This document shows, one piece after another, positions 1 through 10,899 of a DNA stretch of 64,000 bases. Positions within the stretch are counted from its first letter, which is position 1, and the number at the start of each line of letters is the position of its first letter. The stretch is from Dicyema japonicum (taxonomy: Eukaryota > Animalia > Dicyemida), in the NCBI GenBank assembly GCA_011109175.1, contig RDEW01000045.1:177417-241416 (forward strand), in the 5' to 3' direction. The position numbers were made by a program, and so were the translations under genes. The notes below the pieces were generated by a model, which did not search any database, was not told the origin of the DNA, and was given only the letters and a program-made list of their open reading frames with translations.

Positions 1-540
1 TTCCGGCGCTTCTTCTGCAGGACAGCGGGTGCAATCCTTTCGCATCGACTGTTTTCCCGCATCGGCATCGGTGCTCCTGGCAAACGTCTAGTCCCAGCCT
101 TTGTCCGATTCCAATTCTCAAAGAATCGTCGTCCAAAAAGGTCCCGAGATTTGGGCAAGGTATTGCACCAAGCCATGCTCCACTCCCTCTACTTGAAGCT
201 GACACCAAACAAGCCAGACGATGTTGATTTGCTTCTTTCTTAAGGTCTTCCAAAATTTTGGAGCAGACAATGTCATCCCAATTTCTTTGCTTCGTTGTGT
301 CTTCTGGGATTTTGAGTCCGGACCCGTTCCATTTCCGACAAGCTTCGTCAAATGACTCATTCCAGCAAAGTCCAATTGTGTTATGAAGGACTTGCCGTGT
401 CAAATGGCTGCAGCTTGAGAGAGATGTTAGGTATGCCGGGTACGCAACCTCCAGCGCCGATCTCATTCCGACACCCCCAAATCCAGAGAAAAGCTTGCAT
501 TGTTTCCACCAAGTTCGTCGAAGCGGACGTTAATTAGTGA
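1..540 (-). mobile_element. CRE/SLACS-like non-LTR retrotransposon fragment (post-RT region and zinc finger), runs off the window start
   Basis: Minus-strand translation KKANQHRLACLVSASSRGSGAWLGAIPCPNLGTFLDDDSLRIGIGQRLGLDVCQEHRCRCGKTVDAKGLHPLSC matches the CRE C-terminal CCHC region; paralogous to 5217-5480. Confidence 0.8.
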
Positions 541-899
541 CTCGACTGTTTGCTTGAGAGAGAGACTTGAGAGACTTGACAAAAATCTCCTCAAAAATTT
601 TCGATTGAATCGTAATGAGTGTTTTTTGGCATATGTTTAACAGAGCCACGCCACCAGCTCAACCAAAAAATTAACAATACAATTTCAAAAATATATTTTT
701 TAACAAATAAGCTAAAAATTTGGAAAGCTGTAAAAAATGGTATCTATCTCTTCTTAAAATAATATAATTTGCTCATGGCATTTTAGGCTAAACATGCCAA
801 AAATTATCATCTATAAGCCGAATATTGATGATTTTCATTAACTATGAGTCTTTGGTTGCATGTAATTACATATTACTTGATTTTTCTTATGTATGGAAC

Positions 900-2456
900 T
901 TTACAAGAAAGTATTATGTCTCATTTGCATTTTTTATAGTATTTCCTTCTTTATATTGATGTACTGGTCTTTATGTGTTTTGATGCATTCAATTCTTCTG
1001 CAATAAATTGGCTGAAAACACCGTACTAAATTTTTGATAGTGGAATAATGTTGAGTTGTTTATTTAACTACAAGATCAGTTTGTGGCAGTTCAACTGTCG
1101 AATTTGACATACCAGCTTAAGGAATGCAATGGGACTGATTGAGATGTTATAGAAAACTCAGAGTTTGGACTCCATCGATTTTTAGTTGAACATTTGTTAA
1201 TTGCCATGGGTTCAATTCAACATTCGCACGTAGGCCTAGGCAGTCCTTGATGGTATACACTTTTCAGTGATATTGAAATTGCGATTCTTTTATTAAACAT
1301 TATCACGTGACAATAAATCAAATTCATAGGTATACCGTAAATGATGCAACAAATCAAATGTAAACCAAAATTCTTTACGTGACTATTAATGGTCAATTAC
1401 ACGATACTAATTTGTGCATCAAATGTCATTACAACTGATTACCAATGTAGGAACAGTATTAGGTAGTCCATGACTCCAAACTTTACTATAATACTGTTCA
1501 TATAATTTCATAGAGTTATCTATGATTATGTCTTTGGTACGTGGGTTAGGAATTGTGCCCTTTTACCTGAAAAGATATCGAAAGTGGTTGGTCCCTTCAC
1601 AGAAGAGTTTTATATGTAGACTTTGGATAGATAAGTTATTTTAACTTACTCATTCAATCGGTAAATATCATTTAGAATGGTTCACCGGGTGAGTTATTCA
1701 GAAAATGTAATAATAATGGAATATACCAAATATTCTAAAGACTTGAAAATCACCAATAAATCTTTATTATAACCCAATGAATCCCTGTTAGTAGATTAGT
1801 AAGTTAATGAATTCAAGAATTCAAAGTGGGGGGACATTCTCCATTATTAACGCAGTACTGTTCCGCAAGTCTCTTAACGTCGATATCCTCATTCGTCCAA
1901 TAAGCCTGAATTATTAAACTAACTACTCTATATTGGAGTCCCTTGCTTTTATAGTAAATGCAATATTTACAGGAGGAATAATCACGTGACTTTAATTAAA
2001 ATTGACTTTACATTGTGGTGGTTTACATTGCGATTGTTATGCTGGTGGTCGTTCTAAATAAATAAAATCACTAATATATGCATTATGATTGTTTTGCCGA
2101 TTATGCTCATCTTTAGTACGATTTTTATTGGCATCATCATTGTGATGGTTTCTATTTTCGTTGTGCTCATTATGATGGCGATTGTCATGATGGTTTCGAT
2201 CATAATTTTGCTCATTGTTATTCCTATTATGGCGATTGTCATGATGGTTTCGATCATGGTTGTGTTCATTGCTATCCCTATTATGGCGATTGTCATGATG
2301 GTTTCGTTCTTGGTTGTGCTCATTGTTATCCCTATTATGGCGATTGTCATGATGGTTTCTGTGATGTCGATGATTATATGAGTTGGCGACGAACAGCTCA
2401 GATAATAGTACAATTCCTTTAATTAGTAATTTTTAAAAACCAATTAATCCAATCAT
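900..2456 (-). CDS. Orphan secreted protein: signal peptide, His/Asn/Asp/Arg-rich 18-aa repeats, Cys-containing C-terminal region (3' end approximate)
   Basis: ATG 2456; introns 2417-2440 (24 nt), 2054-2081 (28 nt GC-AG), 1990-2011 (22 nt), 1906-1926 (21 nt) all keep frame: MIGLIGIVLLSELFVANSYNHRHHR-(NHHDNRHNRDNNEHNQER)n...SRDYSSCKYCIYYKSKGLQYRAYWTNEDIDVKRLAEQYCVNNGECPP. Exons below about 1820 are not resolved. Confidence 0.7.
2160..2360 (-). repeat. 54-bp coding tandem repeat, about 4 copies
   Basis: Core GGCGATTGTCATGATGGTTTC recurs at 2177, 2231, 2285 and 2339. Confidence 0.95.
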
Positions 2457-2565
2457 TTTATGAAGCACCGAATGTTTTTAACATTTTATTATGAATTTAT
2501 GGTTAACCATCAAATATTATTTAATTTATTTTTTTTAAAAATGACAATTATTTAACAGAAAAGCA

Positions 2566-2820
2566 AATGTTAGTTGAGGAAGCCGGCTGCGTGAATCGAG
2601 AACGAGTTCTTTTGTAGTAAGGCCATTCAAATCTTTTGTCTCAGCCATAACCCTTCTCGCTGATACTTTTTCTTCCTGGCATGCATTCCACCGAGTTCGC
2701 GCAGAAACTCAGCCGTCATTAGACCAACGGCTCCCGGTGACTCGGCCGTAACAGGAGTAAATCGGTAGCGGTCCCCGAGGCAGGAATATTTCTTGATTTT
2801 CTGATAAGACCCTCCAGATA
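2566..2820 (-). mobile_element. CRE-like element, 3' end fragment (REL endonuclease end)
   Basis: Nucleotide-level homologue of 27436-27780 and 32330-32660, with the same CCTCAACTAACATTTG 3' end. Confidence 0.85.
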
Positions 2821-2984
2821 TCTAAAACAAACACCTTCCTTGTGACTATTGAGTTAAAAACTTTATGTATGTCCCAGTTTGCATCATAAGTATATTGTTG
2901 TGCAATGGGTTGACATGGAGAAACTTTGTTGAGGACTCATAAGGTGCAATCTGTAGTAGAGAACACCATGGTCTAAAATGCGGT

Positions 2985-3390
2985 CATGTTATGTTATGTT
3001 ATCCAATTAAGTCGTGTCCGACCCTTGGAGATCTCATGAACAAGTTTCCTCCACTCTCCCCGATCCGTCGCAAATTGGAATAGCCTTGATATAGACATTC
3101 CAGTGACGTCTTCCACCATGGATAGCCACTGATTCCTCAATCGACCAGGTCTTCTCTTCCCAGTAATATTGCTCAGCATAATGGTTCTTTCCAGGTAGTC
3201 AGAGCGGATAACATGGCCAAAGAACACCAATCTGTGTTTTACGATTCTATCTTCTAGAGAAGTGTCCGTCTCCACCTGTTTGAGTACATCATTGTTTGTT
3301 ATTTTGGAAGTTCAATGGATTCTTAGTAACCTCCTCCAGCACCACAGTTCAAAAGCATCAATTTTTCGTTATTCGCCTTTTTCAGGATCC
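2985..3390 (-). mobile_element. RTE/BovB-like LINE, 5'-truncated 3' fragment with (ATAAC)n tail
   Basis: ORF 2994-3275 (FFGHVIRSDYLERTIMLSNITGKRRPGR...KGRTRL) is a close copy of 15679-16113; ends GTCGGACACGAC followed by ATAAC repeats. Confidence 0.9.
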
Positions 3391-3419
3391 AAAATAAGGT
3401 AGACAGTGTTATTTGTACC

Positions 3420-3844
3420 TCGGTGGTGGTCATACATAATAAACCGGATATTGTGGTACACGAGAAGTCGGCATTACGTCTCAAGACCTTTTGCGGACTG
3501 TAGAGGTAAAGAAAAAAAGAGAAATACGATTGCTTGCAAACAAGATGAAACAGATGCTTGGTTGCAAGGTCCTAGTTATTCCAATAGTAATGACGTGGGA
3601 AGGAATTTCAACAAAGTACTACAAAGGATATCTGAAGCAGTTGGGGGTAGATAGGAAGCTCCAGGTCTATCTACAGTCCACTGTATTAAAGCAAACCCTA
3701 GAGAGCTTGACACTGGAGTATTGGAGGCAGAGGCCGGAGATGCCATATGGGGAGAAAGTTCACTTGGACAAGACGCTCTCAGAGTTGTTCCAGCAACCAG
3801 AATCGAACCTGCCTGAGGATGCTGGCGAACAGGCAGGCGAGGAA
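3420..3844 (+). mobile_element. R4/Dong-like non-LTR element, REL endonuclease 3' fragment (last 77 bp repeated at 4164-4240)
   Basis: HNKPDIVVHEK motif near 3433 and KVLVIPIVMTWEGISTKYY; homologous to 53215-53480. Confidence 0.8.
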
Positions 3845-4163
3845 TTATAATTTATAATTTATTAACCCCGGATACACAGAGAAAGAAGTTAAAATAAACA
3901 ACTAATTAAGTGAATTCAGTTTCCACTTCTACAGAAACAGAGTCCATCCGGAATCAACATAAAAGGTAAGACGTCCACTACATGCAGTCGTGGAAACCCC
4001 TCCAGAAGAGTGGGGGAGAGCAAATGATCCTTTTTCGTGCTGGCCTAGCACTGGGCGCCACCTAGACAGGTGGATCACATGACGCCATTCTAATAGGAAG
4101 AGAGAGGAGGAACAGACAAGCAAGCAGAAAAACCACATGTCGCTACGCGGTTTTTTAATAGCT
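3845..4163 (-). mobile_element. Short non-autonomous retroelement (SINE-like Vingi derivative), copy 1
   Basis: Colinear and highly similar to 38704-39032; both ends resemble the ends of the Vingi-like LINEs. Confidence 0.75.
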
Positions 4164-4479
4164 ACAAGGCGCTCTCGGAGTTGTTTAAGCAACCAGAATC
4201 GAACCTGCCTGAGGAGGCTGGCGAAAAGGCAGGCGAGGAAGGTTGTTGGTTATTAAATATTAACTTTTTATTATTGGTAAAATAAAGTGGGTTTATAATT
4301 TCAAACAATAAGTAAAAGTAATTATTTTATGATGTCATTTTAACTCAATCTTCTCTTCTTGAGGTCACTTTTTCTGGAGCCACTAAGTGTGTTTAGTCGA
4401 TGCACATCCCACATTCAGAGAATATCCTAGGTTGACATGCCGTATTCCTCATCACCAGGCATTATTTCAATTTTTCTTT

Positions 4480-4700
4480 TGTGAAAAAAATTCTACGAGT
4501 GGCCATAATTAATGAGCCATGAAATTCCCGTTCTTCTTAGGTAGTGATTTGCCTTATGCTCCAATTCACCAAAAAATCGGAGGAGCATTCGTTCTGCTTT
4601 GTTACTGACAGATTCGAGGCCTCTTCCAAGTTTATTTCTTGGTAGATAAAGTCTTTCTTTATTTGCCAGTTCATAAAAACAGATACTTTAATAAACCTGA
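4480..4700 (-). mobile_element. R4/Dong-like RT thumb fragment
   Basis: ELANKERLYLPRNKLGRGLESV resembles the RLYLPRxxGGRGL motif. Confidence 0.55.
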
Positions 4701-5009
4701 TATTTTTGTCCACGATAAAATGAAGAATGAAATTGTACTTATTGAAACTGTAATTACTTCTCAAGGATTATTGAAGTAACTGAAGTAGATAAGTATCATA
4801 AGTAAGATTTATGGCTGGAGAGCTCATGCTACTTTATGGTGCTCCAGTCAAAATCATACCTATTGTTCTAATCTGGGACGGTATCGTTTCGTAAACTTGG
4901 GAGCCATCGAAATCGATACACCAACCAGAACATACATCAAATCCATTGTCTTCAAAAAGACGTTAGAGATCATATTGGTAGAGTATAAGTACGGGGTGCA
5001 CAATATCGA

Positions 5010-5480
5010 AAAGAGTTGGTTACAGCAACCAATCATCTGGTGGAATTAGCAGTTCAGTTCAATACCTTGGACTCGGAGCTGAAAGCAGTCCTACGTAACG
5101 AAACCGGACATACCTTGGACTCGGAGCTTGATAGAGTCAGCAAGTTGTGGAGAGACCTGGGCTTGGAATTCCCGTCGAACTTTGCTTGCCAGAAGAGTTA
5201 GAACTCAATTGCATGTATGAGCACTCTGGAGGCCGCGAAGACAAGCGCCAACCAACACCGACTAGCAAGCATTAAGTCGGCCGCACATCGCGGAAATGGA
5301 GTCTGGCTCGAAACACTACCGTGGCCACATCTGGGAACCCTCCTTGATGAAACCAGCCTGAGGATCGGGGTGGCACTGCGCCTAGGAGTAAACATATGCC
5401 AGAGACACAAATGTCGTTGCGGCGATCCGGTATATCGAAGATGAAATAGCAGCGATGGCCTATGAGGTGAATCGGGACCA
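5010..5480 (+). mobile_element. CRE-like element fragment
   Basis: ANQHRLASIKSAAHRGNGVWLETLPWPHLGTLLDETSLRIGVALRLGVNICQRHKCRCG. Confidence 0.8.
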
Positions 5481-6045
5481 CAAGTTTAGTCTGGTTTTAG
5501 GGGAATTCCGGTATTCGTGGAATCGGTTTAGAGGGGTTTAACTGTATTATTTTGTGACATTTAGTGATTAATTTTTTAATTTGGATCTCTCAATTTTTGC
5601 ATTCTATAGAATTTTTAATATCAAAAATAAACTTATTGGGTATATTTAAGTTGATTCTGCTATAGAAAATTTAGTAATTTTATTAGCCTCGACTATGTGT
5701 GGGCCATAATATAACATATTTATTATAATTCTAAGTAATACTGAATACCTTGAGAAAAAAATTTTCAACTCAATGATCGACATAAAAAAAAAGTTTAAAC
5801 TTAATAATAACAATCAGGTAACCAAAAAATTTATTTATTTATTTATTTACGCGAAATGGTTACGTCAGAAAAATACATTTACGCGAAATGAATAAAAGAA
5901 AGGGTTCTGACGAACTCTGAAGAGCGACAAATTCTTAGTTTAGTTAACAACTTTATGATAATCTTTTTACTAATTCAAATAAAAAATAATCAATGTTAAG
6001 CAAAGTTTAAACAATATAACAAAATTAAGAATCCAATTATTTTAA

Positions 6046-7218
6046 TTAAATCAATGGTATGCTGCCCATAAATGGTTCCAAATGAGATTTTGATTTTATA
6101 TAAAAGGTAACAACGACTCCAATTATTGATAGTCCGATAACTCCGCATACAATTCCAATTATTATGTATTTCCTCCGTTTATCTCTCGTTGGTTGTTCAA
6201 AACATTCTTCACCTAAAATTCAGTGTTTAAATTACCATTTCCAATAAATCCAAAAGTCCAATCATCACGGGAAAATTGTAATTTTAACGACGAAATTTCG
6301 ATAGACAAACCAGCGGAGTTTTTTTGTGAAATTAATACGCACTCATAGTGGTTACCCACTCTAATCCATTTAAAGTTTTGTTCAAAATACAAACATCTTT
6401 TCTTCATTTGGCGTGTACAACAAGATAAATTTAAAATCCGATATTTACCACCCGCAATATTTGGTGAAATAAATATTAAGGAATGTTTTCCGACCAACAC
6501 ATATTCATTGTAATCATTATCTATTTTATAAAAATTTTTATAATCACTATCGAATAACTCATCCTTTATCTAAAGATTAACCCACATATATACAATATTG
6601 TTATTTTCAATATATGATATTTTGATTTTCCCGCTTAGTACACCGAGGATTATATCATTTTTAAGTAGAAACCAAATTGGCATATTTGGGTCATTATTTG
6701 GGTTGCAGTCACTTCCAATGTAAATTTTAATTAAAACCTCTTCCAGTAAAATATTCCAAAGAATTATTCTGGTATAATTCTAACTTGATAAAATAAAGCA
6801 GAAAAAATAACTTCAAAAAACTAATACTAGTAGAACCACATAGGTAGTATTTACCATATTTAGTTATAGTAAACGTCTGCTTTTTACTATAATTTTGAGC
6901 ATCTTCAATATACCCATAATCTTACCATGAACCATTTCTATAATTAATTCAACAGTATCGGCGTTGTCCTTAAATTTTTGAACATATGCAAATTTTAAGG
7001 TATTTTTGTTATAACATGGCAAAAGCATTATCCCTCTTTTGGCTTCATGTACATCATTATTAATATAAAATTTGTTTAAATAGAGTAAACAAAATCTAGA
7101 CATATTCAAAGGAATTGTCGCAGTTTATATATGTCTAAAATAAAAGTCTCCATTCAGACTCCAATATGACAATATTGCTTAATAAAAAAAATAAGATAAA
7201 ATAATTAATTAGGTTCAT
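6046..7218 (-). CDS. Orphan type-I membrane protein, paralogue A (internal exons only partly resolved)
   Basis: Signal-like MNLINYFILFFLLSNIVIL from ATG 7218; DCNPNNDP at 6710-6687; FSRDDWTFGFIGNG|EECFE across a 23-nt intron; TM KYIIIGIVCGVIGLSIIGVVVTFYI; TAA at 6046. Shares motifs with 55331-56530. Confidence 0.65.
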
Positions 7219-7384
7219 GTAATCTAATTAAATTTAAATTTAATTTATATTTTAAATAAACTATAATAGTCTCCATTCAGAATCCAATATGACAATATTG
7301 CTGAATAAAAAAAATACGATTAAATAATTAACTAGGTTCATGAAATCTAATTTAATCTAAATTTAATTTATATTTTAAATAAAC
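7146..7384 (-). repeat. 123-bp tandem duplication containing the promoter and signal-peptide exon of membrane gene A
   Basis: GTCTCCATTCAG at 7146 and 7269; ATGs at 7218 and 7341 both open signal-peptide-like frames. Confidence 0.9.
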
Positions 7385-7454
7385 TTTTTATTATTTATGT
7401 TTTTAATTCAATATTATTTTATTATTAGGAAGATATTGAACACGTTGCTGGTTA

Positions 7455-9643
7455 ATGGTTGTTGTTGATAAGAACCATTTAAATTTATCGGATTATGCAA
7501 ACTTCTGTGCCGTATTAAGTAAAGAAAACCCAAATCTAACGGCCGCCGATTTTGTCCGACATGTTTCCGACACGGATGCTTCTAGAATTTGTCCTCAGCA
7601 AAACAACACGAAATTTTTGGTTTTACGAGCAAAAACGACTTCCTTAACAGCTGATTGTCCAGAACAATGCACTACCTCAATAATTGAAAGCACGCGCTCT
7701 AGATCGATTGTGTCCCCAGAGGTGGGTGAGCTATTCTCTTGGAAGGGTTCAAATCTAAGTTTGGAGAGGAAATAACAATGCCTGAGTTCAGAAGACTGAT
7801 ATACGCCCAAAAATGTCAACAATTACCAAGCAATGGACATGATTCGAAGGGGACCTCAGATTCTAAGCCTGATATGCCTTCGACATTTATTGAGGCCAAG
7901 TTGTATGCTCGTTGTGAACGTACCTTTATTGCAGAGTTATGTACGAATCAGTCAATTGACCATTCTTCAAGACCCCGTACGAAGAAAATTCCTTATGTAA
8001 TAGTGGATATTCTCGAATGCCTGAACAGTGTCATTAATGCTTGGATCAAAGTTACCCAACGTCAATTGATCAAATATCCTCTATTATTTATGCTGGGCAA
8101 ACTGCCTACCAAACTCTTACTACAAAGAAATTTGAGCCCTCAAAAAAAGTTACCCAACGTCGATTGATCAAATTTCTTCTATTACTTATGCTGGGCAAAC
8201 TGCCCATCAAAATCTTACTACAAAGAAATTTGAGCCCTCAAAATGGATGGAGGATATGACTAAGAGAATTGAACAATAGAGATCACATTCTGTTTTTATT
8301 GAAAAGTTTTTTACGAAGACTCTTTCTACTGATGAGAATTATGTGTCGTGCCATGCTTTGTCGATAGTGGGTTAAAGGAAAAAGCAATCCGGAGAAAGGA
8401 CCAGAATTACGTCTCTTATCCAAGATAGGATTAAAGTCATGGAGAAAAAAATATCGACATTTGAATCGAAAAGGAAATTTCGTATGGACAACCAAATGTT
8501 CGAATTGAATAGAAAGTCCTTCTACAGGAACTTGAATTCGGGACAAAATAATATTAATATCTCAATTGATAATGAAAAATGCGCAGATTTTTTGGGAAGA
8601 ATTATGGAAAAGAAGGAGTCTAAATTGGAGTTTTAATATCGGAAAAAGAATGACTGGTGTTAAAAAATGTGTATGTTGAATTCTCGAAAAATGTATTTGA
8701 ACAAACGATTCAATATTTGCCGAATTGGAAGGGCCCAGGAAGTGATGAGATCTACAATTTCTTCCTTAAGAAATAACCTCGTGCATGAATTTATATATAC
8801 CGAAATTCTTAGGATTGTAAACGGAGAGTACGTCCCTCGAAACTGTTTTTTAGTGGAATTACGTACTTGATTCCAAAATGCGAAGCACCACAGTCGCTAA
8901 AAGACTTGCGCCCTATTACATGCATGTCGTCACTCTATAAACTTATGACAAAGTATATCAATGCCAAGCTAGCGGATTATGTGGAAGCGTTTGGCCTTCT
9001 TTCTGAAAACCAGATGGGAACAAAGCAGAGATGTCAGGGTGCTAGTAAATAAATCACTTAATAAAGTAATTGAAGGTGGATTATATGCCGCATGGATTCA
9101 CGTCAAAAAGCATTTGACTNTGCATGTCGTCACTCTATAAACTTATGACAAAGTATATCAATGTCAAGCTAGCGCATTATGTGGAAGCGTTTGGCCTTCT
9201 TTCTGAAAACCAGATGGGAACATGGCAGAGATGTTAGGGTGCTAGTAAATAAATCACTTAATAAAGTAATTGGAGGTGGATTATATGCCGCATGGATTCA
9301 CGTCAAAAAGCATTTGACTGGTTGACCACAACTTTTTAATGGAAGTCCTTGAAAAATCCGGAATCCCCGAATGGATTATTAAAGTTGTGAGATTACTGAT
9401 TATGCATTGGAGAGTGAAACTAATTTTGAATAATGAAAATATCCCCCATGTTATTTGTCTTATTGTTTGACCCACTTAGTCGTTTATTGGTATATAAATA
9501 TCCAAAAGTTTCCGTTTTACATTAATCATCAGTCTGTCTCGTCATTCTCAACTAATCATCTTTTATTTATTGACGATTTAAAACTTATTTCGACTAGTGA
9601 AGATGTTATTAGATGATGGAAGATGTTAATTTGTACTTCAATT
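7455..9643 (+). mobile_element. R4/Dong-like non-LTR retrotransposon, degenerate (N-terminal region and RT), with a 98-bp internal duplication at 8048-8243
   Basis: NQMFELNRKSFYRNL, IPKCEAPQSLKDLRPITCMSSLYKL, SENQMGTKQRCQG and LFIDDLKL are R4-type RT motifs in broken frames. Confidence 0.8.
8921..9319. other. Assembly artefact: 199-bp near-identical duplication flanking a single N (9120)
   Basis: 8921-9119 repeats at 9121-9319 with about 6 substitutions. Confidence 0.9.
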
Positions 9644-10800
9644 TCCATGTGTGTTGTATTCTTTCCGTCGCTGTTTGGGTGTTCTGATCCCGTAAGGCTA
9701 AGACGATGTCGTCTGCATAAGCCAGGAACAGGTCGTCTTCTTTATTCGGCGTCGGAATGTCAGCTGTACATAGGTTGAATAGGAATGGTGATAACGGCGA
9801 GCCCTGAGGTACTCCATTTAGGAATAAACGAGAGACAGAATGAATGTTTCCAATGCACACTCTACCTCTCCGTCCGCTAAGGAAGTTCATTAGCCAGCGT
9901 TTGAGGTTTTCAGGGATAACTGATTGGTAGATTTTCCATGTTAGGTTCTTCCTCGGCACAGAGTCGAAAGCTTTGTGGACGTCTAATGAGCATAACACAG
10001 TTTTATGGTGTCTTGGCTTGTACAGAAATCCGAGCAAATAAAGTTAGTCAGGGATGTAAAGAAGCTCGTTGTGGACTGATCCTTTTTGAAACCATGCTGG
10101 AATGGTTTATCGGAGGTCCTTTCAGTGATTTTTGCGAGGATAAGCTTTTCCAGAATTTTTGACATGGAGCATAAGAGAGAAATAGGCCTGAAGGAAGCTG
10201 GGTCTTCTTTCGGTTTTCCTGGCTTCAATACTGGGCGAATGTTTGCAAGTTTCCATATCGTTGGGATTGAGTTATAATTAATCGACCAGTTGTAGATTTT
10301 GGTCAGGGTACCGATTCCCTCATTTCCTAGGTTTTTTAGGAGGATTATGGGAATTCCGTCTGGACCATGAAAATGTGTTACATTTGTTGGCTTAGGGATT
10401 CCATTACCTTCTTTTCCGTGAAATAAGTTAATTGATCCCTTTTCGGTTTTCTTAGCAGGGGTTTGGGTTGGTCATTCCTCATGTGGTTTTTGTGAGAGAT
10501 TTTCGCGTAGTATTTTATNCTAGGTTTTTTAGGAGGATTATGGAAATTCCGTCTGGACCATGAAAATGTGTTACATTTGTTGGCTTAGGGATGCCACTAC
10601 CTCCTTTTCCGTGAAATAAGTTAATTGATCCTTTTTCGGTTTTCTTAGCAGGGGTTTGGGTTGGTCATTCCTCATGTGGTTTTTGTGAGAGATTTTCGCG
10701 TAGTATTTTATTAGGGCGTTTAGGTCCTTTTGGCTAAATTCGTCATTTATGGGTGTCCTCTCATCCACCTTCGAGATATTTCGAATTGTCTTCCAGATGA
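9644..10800 (-). mobile_element. Vingi/Ingi-like LINE, RT-containing 5' portion
   Basis: IRPVLKPGKPKEDPASFRPISLLC, LDVHKAFDSV, GVPQGSPLSPFLFNL, LAYADD. Confidence 0.9.
10328..10711. other. Assembly artefact: about 190-bp duplication flanking a single N (10519)
   Basis: 10328-10518 repeats at 10521-10711 with about 5 substitutions. Confidence 0.9.
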
Positions 10801-10899
10801 CGGTTGCGATTTAATGACGTAAGGTGATATATATTATTTTAATTTCTATCGAAATATAATAAATATAATTAAATTTGTTTAAATTATTTTTGTTTGTGA

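Noticed and set aside
2054-2413. Hydrophobic Ile/Met-rich ORFs 2054-2413 (-) and 2085-2381 (+) as membrane proteins
   Set aside because: They are shadow frames of the 54-bp repeat; the third frame gives a phased, spliced model with a signal peptide.
4800-5010. Casein kinase 1-like C-terminal fragment (RLFEDNGF...YDFDW)
   Set aside because: The pieces lie in different frames with no consistent splice model; too weak to call.
8921-9319. Biological tandem duplication in the R4 RT
   Set aside because: The copies abut a single N exactly, typical of scaffolded overlapping contig ends; the same holds at 10519.
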